Assembly (NCBI GenBank): GCA_037447605.1
Contig: CM074804.1
Coordinates: 8,595,909-8,659,908, forward strand
Length of the DNA: 64,000 nt
From: Zygnema circumcarinatum SAG 698-1b
Lineage: Eukaryota; Plantae; Zygnematophyceae
Direction: 5' to 3'
The notes below the pieces were generated by a model. That model was not told the origin of the DNA, made no database searches, and was given only the letters and a program-made list of their open reading frames with translations. Every line of letters starts with the position of its first letter. The first letter of the stretch is position 1. This document shows positions 16,863-28,131 of the stretch, piece after piece. A program made the translations under genes and the position numbers.

Positions 16863-19800
16863 ATGGCGGAGGCGCAAGGCCATGGCGGGCAGGGCGAGAA
16901 GGAGGAGGAGGATGCCGCCCTCCGCGAGGCGGCGCTCCTGCTGGAGCGCGCGGAGGGCGAGTGTTACGGGCGGCGTGCGGCCCTCGGCGCGGAGGCGGGG
17001 CGGCGGCTCGCGGCGGCGGGCGGTCCTCGGCGGGTGGCGGGCCTCCTGCGCGCGCTCGCCCTCGCCGGCCCCTCCGCCTCCGCGGGGCCCGCGGGCGTGC
17101 GCGACCTCTCCGGGGCGCACAGGGCTGTGGCGGGAGCGCAGCGGCGCGGCGCGGCTGGGGGCGGCCTCGCCGCGCACTTGGTGCTGGCGGCCGCCGCGGC
17201 CTCCAGGACGAGCTTGGGCGCGCTCAAGGCCGCCGTGGAGTCTCCGAGCCGCCGCTTCCTGCCGCTCGCCTGCACGGAGTTCGTGCGCCAGGCGGAGAGC
17301 GGAGAGGCGATAACGCAGCAGCTGTTGGCGTCTCCGCCTGCAACTCAGAAACTCCTGCTCCTCGCCTGCGTGAAGCAGAGGAAGACGACTGTCCTCGATT
17401 GGTTCGTGGAGCAGGCGGTGGGGAAAGGGGAGGCTAAGGCAGCTGCCGGTGTGCTCCATGGCTGCAGCGAGGATGTTGTCATGCGGTACCTTGGAACTCT
17501 GAAGGAAAGTGGCGGAGTCAGAGTACTAAAGATCGCAAAATTCCATGGCCGTGTATTGCTCCGCATGCTCCGTTCAGAGTTGGAGGCAGCGCGGGGTTCG
17601 GAGGCCGGCGTGTGGGCTCGGTGGGGCGGCTCCTTCGACTGGGACTCCGTGCTGGCGAGCGAGCCGTCGCTCTGCGCGGAGTTGTTCGCACTGTTCGCGG
17701 CGCGGCCCCCCCGCCAGGCCGTCCCGAGAAGCAGCCGCGCCTTCCTCCTCACGGAGGCTTTTTGCTTGCCGGGCAGCGCCAAGGCGGCGGAGACGCTTGA
17801 CCTCCCCGAAATACCGCCCTTACTAGCGGCACGCATGTCGCTGCTGCTTGCGGTCGCGCGTGAGTGCTGCGTTGAAATGCTGCGAAGCGCAGGCCTCTGC
17901 CAGGTCCAGGCAGGCGGAGTGGCGTACCTACTGCCCGACGGATTCTGGCGCTCTAGCTTTATGTCAAAGAACTTGGGCAAACTCTTTCCGGACCTGTTCA
18001 GCCTGGCGCGCATTGTGGGGGACGCCTTCACTGCGGAAAGGTTTTGTGCAGCAGCCATGTTAGGGGATGCAGGAGGCATTTTAGATGAAATGGTAGTGGA
18101 ATTCTATTTCACGACGCGGCGAGGCTCTGTGTCGCCCCTTCTGGGGGAGCAGCAGGCTGTGACGTGGTATCGATGGCTGCTGGATGTTCTGCTGAAGGTT
18201 CGGCCCGCAAAAGCTGACTTTGGCGCTGCGGTAAGGCGGCATATGTTTGGCGCACAGGAAGCGGCCAAGGAAAAGGCGGCTCTCCGCGTCCAGCAGTACT
18301 GGGACTCGCTGGTGGACCGACTGCTGAGCACAGCGCTGCGGTACTTCACCTCGTGTGCGCTGAAAAAGCCTCTCGCAGACTTCCTAAAACAGATGACGGA
18401 GTTTCTCGAGGACTCGGGAGAAGTAGCGAGGCTAGCGAGGCGGACGGTAGGGGACGCGGTGCGGGAGGCTCAGCACGTGTGGGGGTGGTTGCTGGACTTT
18501 GGGGCGCATTTTTATACCCAGAGGGCTCCGGGCGCTCTCCTGTGGCAGGATCTCGTTCTGTGGGAGGAGGGGGCTGCCGAGGGAGAGAGGCGGCTGAAGC
18601 TGAGGGCCTGCTGGCAGTCTTGGGAGATCCCTTACGCTCTTAGACTCCTCCGAAAACAGCAGCTCTGGGAGGGGATGAAGGACTGTCTCCAAAATGACAA
18701 AGAACTGGGAGAGAAAGTGTACTTAACTTTGTCCACAAGATGGAATGAAGCCTATCCAGGACTGATGGGCGAAGAAGACATTTCCTTTGAAATGTTTTCA
18801 AGGTGGTGGAACGCATCTGCTCTGCCTGCTCTTGGCGAGAGGGCCCGTTTCTCTTTTGAAACCAGGCAGTTGTGGATTCGCATGCTGAAATCCGCCTCTC
18901 CCGCCACCCGTCTGGCAGCCCTGTCTGCTCTGAGCCCCGAGCAGATGGACGCTCTCTTGCGCTGCTGGGAGGGCTCCATGGGTGCATTGGCGGGCCTGCT
19001 GCCCCGCGGAAGCGCGGTCGTCTTGCGATTCCTCGAGAGGGCGCAGGGCGGTGACCGGGAGGAGCTGGAGGCCTTTCTGGACATCGGGCTCGCCGGTCAG
19101 CGGAGGGAGTTTGAAAAGCGCGCAAGCGCGGGCAGCGTGCAGGGCCGCCACCTCGCCTGCCGCGTCCTGCTGGCGGCCTCGCTCAGAGGGGGACTCGCCA
19201 AGGAGGTCATCGTCACTCTGCAATGGCTCGCTGCCAGGGCTCGGAATGCCCGTCCACAGAGCCGGGCGTTCATTCTCGAGCAGCTTCTCGAGCGAGATGC
19301 AGAACTCCTCGACGTATGCTGCCCATCCATGGAGGCTGATGATTCGGAACGAGGTCGTCAAGGCATGGGTTTCTCGCTTGATTCTGTAGAGGAGGCTGAC
19401 TCTGCATCTCTTGTTTCTGACCAAGATAAGGAGCGCAAGCTGCAGGAAGCACAGGGCATTCGTGGAGATTCTGTATACGCAGACGGCGAGCTTGAAGTCA
19501 TTGCCACAGCATTTTCTGAAGTGTGGCGGCAGTTGACGTCTGATCTGCTGAATTCCCCAGACGTGTCAACGCCGGAGCTTGAATCTCTGCCCGGTAGGAT
19601 CGCTGAATTTGGAGACTCCGTGAAGCAGCATGTGTTGAAGCGACTGCAGGAGGGCTGCTCATTGGAGGGGGCGTTTCGCGTATGGTGGCGCCTTGCGAGC
19701 CACTTGCAGTATGAGGTGAGGTTTTCTTCCACTCCCTCTCTCCCCTCCTACTGATCTCCCTCTAAGAAATCCATATGGGACGGCAGGACAGACAGGCTGA

Positions 19801-22800
19801 TTAGCCAATCCAGTGGCATTTGGGCGGGCAGGTTCGCGTCCGGCAGTGCGGCGGGCAGCTTCACGGGGAGGAGGCCGTCTTCTTTCGCTGCAGCCGAGGG
19901 CCCCCTCGCGAGAGGCCGCCCTCCGCGGAAGTTTGCCGCGCTGTGGTGGACGCCACGGTACAAGATTACGCAGCGTTCTTCCCCTCCGCGGCGGTCGAGG
20001 ATGCGCTGGCAAGCCAGTGCCTCATACACCTCCTGCGATTTTGTGGAAGGTGCTGGCGGGAAGTCCCCCTTCTTGTGCAGGCTGTCACTCGCTTATCTCA
20101 GAGGTGGAGGGATCTGTGTGAGAAAGATGAAAACGGAATACTGATAACGCCTGTGGGGAACGACGACTTTTTCCCCGTGGAACAGCTGTTATGTAGCGAA
20201 GTGTATTCGTCGTCGGATTGGTGGAAACATGCGCACAACTGGAAAGGGGAAGCGCAAGTGTTAGTAGAAGTTTTGGACATGTTGGTGAGGTCCGACCTCG
20301 CTCCAAAGTACTTTTTGATGTGGTGGCGGCTGCACCTTCTCCAGGCGGGCCCCTCCGCCATGGCCAAGCGGCAAGCGCGCTTGACCTGCGCCCGGCGGGC
20401 CCTCGCAGTGAGCCCCTCCCTCGCCCTCTTCCGGTGCGTGTGGAGGACGCTCGCGGCCTACGACCAGCCCTGCCTCTCGCCCTGCTTGGGGGGGCCGCCC
20501 CCTGCCGCCGCCGCGCACCGCAAGGCCTTCCTGCCCGCCTCAGACTTGGCGGCGGGGTGGGGGGTTCAGCCACAGCTCAAGCGGCGGAGCCACAGCCGCA
20601 GAAAGCGACGGCCGGAGCAGGTGTTCGTGTACAGAGAGAGCGACGCTGCTGTTGACGCGTATCCTCTTCCCGCCACGTGGCATTTGCATCGCCTGACAGC
20701 TGCCCAAAGCAGGGCGTTAGAGGCGCAGTTGGTGGCGCAGATGAGCACCGACGGGCTTGCTTTGGAGAGGAGGGCCCTCTCCGCGAAGCGGCTCTGCCGC
20801 CTCCCCACCTTCGACCCGCACACGGTCGTGGCTGCCCTTGTGAAGGCCGGCGGCGCGCTCTCGGCCACTGCTGGAGAAGGTGAGGGGGGGTCCGCGGCCG
20901 GAACTGGCTGGACCGAAGGGCAATCCGCAAGCTGTCTTACAGACGAGAGCGACTTTGAAATGGTGGATGTGGCAGCAGCCACTGGAGAGGAAAGAGGTGA
21001 GGGGAAGGGGGAGGGGGAGGGGGAGGGGGAGGAGGAGGAGGAGGGACACACGGATCTGCGGGTTGACGGGGCGGGACAGATTGAAGAGATGCTAGAGCCG
21101 CTGGAAATTTCTACGCCTGAGGAAGGCCGAGATCCCCCTGTACATGGGACGAAGGGGAAGACCCGTCTCCCGTCTTCAGTGCCTCCCTTGGTGGGCATGG
21201 AGCAGCTGGCCCCTAAGATGCCGCCCCTTGTCCTCACCACGTTGCTGCGGGGTCTCACTCGACTAGATGAACCCCTCTCTGCCGTCAGCTTCGTCACTGC
21301 TCCAGCATTTTTGCGATCTCATGGCACAATCGCCATGGCATTTCTGCGCCACATTCGAAAGTTCCTTTCACGAGACGATGACTTCTACGACATACTGCAC
21401 AGTCTGCTCGCAGGGAGACGACGCGAGGCTGTGACAGTGAGTTCGGCTTCTTCTCCCAAGTAGCAGTAGTGAGCTGCGAGTGCAAGAGTTGCGGCCTCAC
21501 TGCCCTATCCTGCTTGCTTGCTGCAGCTAAGTGTGCTGAAGGAGGTCGTTCGCTTACTGGCAATGGCCGGTTCGCAGCGCTGCCTCGACCTTATCTTGCG
21601 TGAGCGCAGCCGCCCCGGGGCGCATCGGGATGTCCTGCTCGCGGTATCCATCCATCCCTCCCTTTCTCCCTCCCTCCCNNNNNNNNNNCCCCTTCCCCTC
21701 CCCCTCCCTCCCTCCCTGAAGGGAGGCATGCAGGCGAGGCTCAAGATGTGGAAGTTCCAGAAGGTACATGCGATGTAAAAGCCTTCACAACCTTGGCTCA
21801 CCTTGACGCCGGTGCCATTCATCCATTGGTTGCAGGTCCTCCAGTCGTTGGCGCGGGCCCTCGCGAGTCCCGGAGGCGCGCGGGTCCTTCCTGCGCTGGC
21901 CCTGGCCGGCCTCCCCGCGCGGGCCAGAACGCCGGAGAATCTCATCCCGTACCTCTCCATCGTCCCGAGCTCGTGGGAATCCTCGCAGAAACCGAACTTG
22001 CAGCCCTTCCTCCGGCACGGCCCGCCCTGTCTGCGGGCCTTCGCTGCGCAGCTGGAGGAGCTGCCTCGCATCGTCCTCCCCTCGGACGTCTCCGCAGTCT
22101 TCTTTCGCGACGCGCTGCTGCCTCTCTGCGCCGACTCTTTCTGGCCGCAGTCCGCCGCCTCGGGGGGTGTGCAGAAAGACGCGGAGGAGCGGTGGGCACT
22201 GCAGGCGTTGGCCAAGGCATCGCTCAAGCCCTGGGTGTACCCTGAATCCCCCGTTGCCGGGACAGCTCCATTGGTTGCTGTCCTTGTCGCAGAGCTTACA
22301 GACCTTTCCCCGTCTAAGCTTGGATTTTCTGACGCTAAAAACGCGCTGGCCGTTGCAAACGACCACGTTCAGATTCTCTGCCAGGAGTATCTGTTCCTCT
22401 GCCCGACATTACCTCTGGTAGCCCTTGGCACACCTTGCCTCGACGACTTGTTCTGCTCTCCCGCATGGAAGGGCGTGCAAGAAGTGACAGCCACCCTCTG
22501 CAAGGCCCTCGCGTCCCCCGAGGCCATCCTGCCGCCCGGAGGAGGGCAGGCCGGGCCCCGCGAGGTCCGCGTGGCGGCGTACGGCCGAGCGCAGCGCTTC
22601 CTAAGGGCGGTGCGCAGGTCGCCCCCCTCGCCCGCCCGCCGCCCCGCAAACCTCCTGTCCTCCTCCTCCTCCTCCTCCTCCGCCGATTCCGAGGTGCTGG
22701 CGGCGCTCGCCGTCGCAGAGTACAAGGAGGTCTGCTCCGTGCTGGCTCCCGCGGAGGGTCTCGGCCCCCTCCTGAGCGAGGAGGTGTACTCGGCCAAGCT

Positions 22801-24645
22801 GTGCTTCTTAGAGCAGCGAGGACACTATTCAGCGTTCTGCCCGGGCTTCAACAACTTCTCTGAAACGTGGCCCGCTTTGCTGCCGGTATTCAGACCTCAT
22901 GCGAGGGCGCTATTCTGCAGCAGGCTTGCGGAAACTTTGCACCTCGCCCTTCCAGTGCCTTTTGAAAGGAGCGCCACGTGGTGGAAAGAGCAGTACGACG
23001 AGGTGAAGAAGTATGAGGAATGGATCACCAAGCAAAGCATGGCAGTGCAGCACAGTTGGCAATTAATCAAAATGGATCTCTTAGAAGGGGGCAAGTCTGC
23101 GGACGTTGATGCAGCAGCTGTGCAGGAAGAGCTTGCATCTTCATCGACATTGGCCGTAGCTCATCTGAGGACTGGAAATGTTCCAGCCGCTGCGGACCTT
23201 TGCTCGAATGCTGTGAAGCTTCTAAGGCACGCGCTGAAGGACGGTGGCGGGGAGGGCATCCGGCCGCTGCAGCGGCTGCCTGACGCGTGGCTTCGCAGGC
23301 ACGCGGAGGGCCCTCTGCAGGAGGGGCGGGTCGCAGGGCTGCTATGCCGGGCTCTGCTTCAAACCGAATTGCTTCCTGTTCGCCCTCCGCCAAGGCCCCT
23401 GCGAGGGCTCGAGGACTGGGTCATGGAGCACTGCTCGGGGGATGCGCTCTTCACCTACGTCAAGGTGATGGTCGAGGAAGCTGCGGGTCATCTCTGCGAC
23501 TGGGGGGAAATGGCAATCCCGGGTTTGGCGAGGCACGTGTTGGATCTTCTGCAGCAGATACGAGGAATTACAGGAAGTGACCTGCTCACGAGTGACAGCA
23601 GGAAGAGGAAATGCGAGTCAGAGCTCACTGGCGAAAGGCCCTTTGGAATTTTGTTGGAGAGGATTCTTAGTTATTCGGCGGCACAGTGCGTCGCGGGGGG
23701 GGGTCCTGGTGGCTTTCAGGAAAGCTCTGATCTTCCAAAACGCGAGATTTCGTTTCCCTTCTATTTGTTCTTCCAAGAGGTCACTCTCGGTGCTCTCGGC
23801 GCGTTCCCTCACGTCCTTGCAGATGGGTACACTCCCAGAGTTCGCGCCATTGCCATGGAGGCGCTGGTTCAAGTGCTTGACGAGCACTGCACTGGTTCAG
23901 AGCCCGAAGCGGCGCTGCACGCGAAAGCAGGTGACATTCTGAAGAGGGCCTTCACTCTGGAGGGGGAGCGGGGGGGACCCTCCGCCTGCCTGCTCTCTGC
24001 GCAGTGGGCCGTGGCGGCGCTGCTCGCGGGGGAGGGCGCGGCCTCACGGGCGGAGGGCTTCGCCGAGAACGTGCTGGGCACTGCGTGGAGGGAGAGGGAG
24101 AGGGAGAGGGAGGGGAAGAGGGAGAGGGAAAGGGAGTGGGAGAGGGAAAGGGAGTGGGAGAGGGAGAGGGAGGGAGAGGGAGAGGGAGAGGGAGAGGGAG
24201 AGGGAGAGGGAGAGGGAGAGGGAGAGGAGAGGGAGAGGGAGAGGGAGAGGAGAGGGAGAGGAGAGGGAGAGGGAGAGGAGAGGGAGAGGGAGAGGGAGAG
24301 GGAGAGGAGAGGGAGAGGGAGAGGGAGAGGAGGGAGAGAGGGAGAGGGAGGAGGGAGAGGGAGAGGGAGAGGGAGAGGGAGGAGGGAGAGGGAGAGGGAG
24401 AGGGAGAGGGAGAGAGGGAGAGGGAGAGGACGAGGGAGGAGGCCCCGTCCAAGTCCAAGGGGAGGCGGCGGCTCGCGCTCGTTGTGCTGCAGGAGGCGGC
24501 GGAAGTGTGCGCGCGGAGGGAGGCGGCCGCCGGCGGGCGCCTCGCGTGGCCGGAGGAGCTCCTCGCGCTGCTGGCGGCCATGGAGGCGGCCGAGGACCCC
24601 TGCCTCGCCTGGGCGGCCAAGGTGACCGCTGTCTGTCTCCGCTAG
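16863..24645 (+). CDS. Giant (~2,400-2,500 aa) alpha-helical (HEAT/ARM-like) protein of unknown function; exons ~16863-19715, 19832-21436, 21527-21643, ~21734-21763, 21836-24645
   Basis: Three long ORFs (998, 547 and 940 aa) are joined by phase-0 GT-AG introns (GAG|gtgagg...gggcag|GTT; ACA|gtgagt...ctgcag|CTA). ggccATGg start; L/A/E/R-rich composition. The frame shifts inside a GGGAGA-type repeat at 24088-24430, and an assembly gap lies in one intron. Confidence 0.75.
21679..21688. other. Assembly gap (10 N) within a CT-rich intron of the giant gene
   Basis: Run of n characters flanked by (CCCT)n. Confidence 1.
24088..24430 (+). repeat. (GAGGGA)n/(GA)n purine repeat within the last exon of the giant gene
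   Basis: Hexamer repeats translate as ER/EG/GR runs. There is no pyrimidine-tract acceptor downstream. Confidence 0.9.
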
Positions 24646-25299
24646 CTAGAGGGCGCGCCGACACTGTGAGGAGGACGCTTTTAACGTTTGGGGGCATACT
24701 CGATAGAGCCGAACTTCAACTTCCACCTGCAGAAGCACTGCATTGATGATCTTTTTGTAAATAGCATTATAATCCGTTTCTTTAATTAATAAAATGCTGC
24801 CGCTGCTGGAAGTTGAAATTTTAGCTCTTTTATAGGCGCAGTCTGCGCTTTCCTTCATACTGCACACTCGTCGCACTTTAGTCGGAATGGCACAGCCATT
24901 AGAGACAAATGCGGGTCACACCCTCAGCATGCGCACACCAATCTCATTTAGAGCACTTGTTGCGACAGGAACCTCGATGCTCGTCAACTTGGACCCAATT
25001 GTTTAAATTGTTTTGTACATTCTCATCCATTTCAACGCGGTGCAAACTAGAATTTTGTTTGCTTATGCTTATGCTTTTGTTTTTAGTCCCTACAACTGCT
25101 TTGTGAGGTACACGGCATGTGATTGGCCTGTTTGGCAGTGAGGTGAGAGTTTCGCTTCTTGTTCACAGCCTCCTCCTCCCCAGCACGCGCACCTCCACAT
25201 TTTCGCAAATCCAGAGCCGAGCAGCAGGGGCTTGCTCGGTGCCAGCAGCGGCCTGCCTGCCTGTCATGTTTCGCCACGTGTACCAGTTTTAGCGCTTTC

Positions 25300-27848
25300 T
25301 CAGTTGGTGCCAACCTGACGGCGCCACGAGTCTTCGATGATGAGCTCTTCCAGCGACCAGTCTTCATAACTGGACAAACGAGAAGTGCGCAGCTGATTCA
25401 GGCCCTAAAGCATACGCAATGGTTGCAGAAAACAAGTCAAATGCACTCTCGTGTTTTACGCAGTTTTAAGTTTCTTCTGTTAAAAAAAACACAACACGAA
25501 AACATTGTACGACTGTCCCTGGCAGTGCAATGAAACGCTTAGAAGTCGACTGCTGTCCAAGACGGGATGATGCTGCAATTAGCTTTGTGGATCAATGGTG
25601 AAAAAATGACCTGTACTCAAAACATCAAATTCTCAAGCAACAAAAGATGCTGGATCCATACAACATACATCCGCGGAAAGCTGCTTACTGCAGTCTCTCC
25701 GCAAGCCTCACCTGCCATCTGGAAGATATCTCCTGATCGTAAACGGAATCTTCTTCTCCCGCAGTTCTTTCATTGCAATCTGCAAAGTAGAAACTCATTG
25801 CAAACATCCGTCCGCATTACCAAAAGAATGCCGCGAAACAAGCACGCGCGCGATACCTATTTAAGGCGATCAACTGGGAGGACTATCCAAATCAACAAAC
25901 CGAGCGACCAAAGTACCGACATGCATATACACCAGTTAATGCTCCACCAACTAATAGAACCTTGTCAATTTAGCATATGAAATAGGAGCATGCTCTACAG
26001 TAATATGCATTGGCACCGTCAACACAACCTTGTATCTCCGTAGTGAACGCTAGGGAAGAGAGAGTGAAAATGAACATGGTATGTAGCTGTGTCTCTAGGT
26101 CTCTAAAACAAAAACAGTAGAAGCAAATCAAAGAGGTTTAAGTCCAGTCTTGCGAATTTCAAAGTGCGTATCATGCAACACTAAAGTTAATCTACCATCT
26201 GCTCCAACATGACTTCTGAAGCAGACAACTTCAAAGACTGTTCACCAACAAGGCTACAGGCCGTTCACTATTACAACAGTCCATTCCAACACAAAAAAAT
26301 TCAACATCTTTCAACATATTCATGAAAGGAAGACCTTTCTGCATGCGCACATGACAAGAAAAGACTTCCTTCGGTTGCCTTAAAAAACTGACCTCCAAAG
26401 GATCCGTCTCTCCTGCAAGCTCCACCATGACTGGCGCGTTCATGCTGGCAATCCGCCGACAAAGAACGACTTATGAGAGCCTCCAGTTGTTTCTTATACG
26501 CAAAGCAAGCAAGCTATGGGGCGGTTCAACGACCCAAAGAAAGGCTATTCACTGCTTCCAAGAGAGCTTCCCTTCGTAGGAGAGGCAGACACAATGAAGT
26601 GCCTGGAAACAGGCTCCAATACCTCTTCTACTTAGAAAGAGTCGCTCAATTGTACATAAACATACGTAATCTGACAGCCTATTATCAACATCATGCTTCG
26701 GTTAGATAAAGCCAACATGTGCCACTAAAATCATCTAGAAACCCATCGTCTGGCAAATGACATTCTGTGACAAACAAGAACTCGAGTGCATCCCATCCTC
26801 GACAAAACCTGATCAACTTTGATCAACAAGTTTTCAAGTCTTCTGAAGTTAATTTAAGAAGATATGATCCTCGCTGCCTTCCTTATTCCTCACAAAAATA
26901 GAAATGCCAGCATTTGTAAGCCGACCTTATTTGAAGAGCTCTTGTGCCCAGCACCCGCGCTCTTTCGTACTTAGTCATGAACTTGGTTGTTTTTCGCGGT
27001 CTATTCGTCAGTTGTTCGGGCTCACTGTCCCTTATCTCGAGACCATCCGCGGGCACCCCGCCTGCATCTTCTTCCTTCTCTTCCTCTGCCTCCTCTTCCT
27101 AGTGAGACCGAAACCAGCCGACAACCCACAAGAATTTAATCACTTGTTTCCATGAGACAGGCCTTCGCGAAGGGCGGCTTGCCATGTTAATTGGCAATAA
27201 ACCAAAAGCCTCGGGGCCTTTCAGCATTCATCACACGTTCTCACGGACTGTTATATCTTTCTGATAATTACTTTTTCCCATCATCAATGTAACTTCCTAT
27301 CCCACTTGCGCTATCGTAATGAGCAGACACCTTCCCTGTGTCTGTCTTACAACTTAAGCATCTACCTTTAGCTCCGAATATAGAAACAAGAGTGTGAAAC
27401 TTTGCAATCCTGCATAATTGGAGAGTTTGCCAATCGCCTTTACATGGTGTAAGAATGATATGCATGATCCAAAGAAGTAAAGAAGCAGCATGTAAAAAAA
27501 AGGGGACGGGAGAAGGGGAACAACTAAGTATGAAAGCATCGCTACAAAAAAAGAAATTCCAAATTATAAGTTAGCTTCAACTTATTCCTCCAGAGATTCG
27601 ACCCTCATTCAGGTAATCCTGCAACGGCCTTGAGAGTCTGCGCAAGAGAGCGAGGAGAGAAGCGCGGAGCCAGACCTCCAATTCCGGAGCTTCGGGCTCG
27701 TCTTCGTACCTGCGCGGAGCCACGCGGGGGGGGGTGGCAGGGAGTCAGCAGACAGCGCGCCGCACGGGCAGGAGGGCAACAGGGCAGCAGGGCCGGCGCG
27801 CTCTCACCCGCCGTCCCCGCCGTAGTCGTCACCCTCCTCGTCCGCCAT
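25300..27848 (-). CDS. RPB6: RNA polymerase I/II/III common subunit RPB6 (RPABC2)
   Basis: Exons: MADEEGDDYGGDG (from 27848); EEEAEEE...[26 protein letters not shown] (~27098-26926); MNAPVMVELAGETDPLE (~26444-26393); [23 protein letters not shown] (~25779-25712); YEDWSLEELIIEDSWRRQVGTN* (stop 25302-25300). A short phase-linking second exon was not located. Confidence 0.95.
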
Positions 27849-28131
27849 GGCCGCCCGCCCGCTCGCCGCTGCCGCCGCTGCCGCCGCTTCCCTCGCTCCC
27901 TCTCCCTCTCTCTCCCTCCCTCCCTCCCTCCCTCCCTCTCCCAGCGACGCGCTCGCGCTCGCGCTCGCGCTTCTCGACGAGAGGCGAAACGGGTGACGGG
28001 TCACTTCAGCCCGCGCGTCGCTGCGCGTTCAAAAAGGTCCCCCCGGCGGGCGGGCGGGCGGCCGGCGGGCAGAGGCAGGCAGGCCGCAGGCAGCGGAGGG
28101 AGGCAGGGAGGGAGAGAGGGGTCGAGGGAGG

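Noticed and set aside
21644-21653. Possible U12-type donor (GTATCCAT)
   Set aside because: It deviates from GTATCCTT, no TCCTTAAC branch site is visible, and the intron contains an assembly gap.
27100-27810. Candidates for the short second exon of RPB6
   Set aside because: The AG/GT pairs tried gave stops or the wrong phase. The exon is left unresolved rather than claimed as a defect; RNA-seq is needed.
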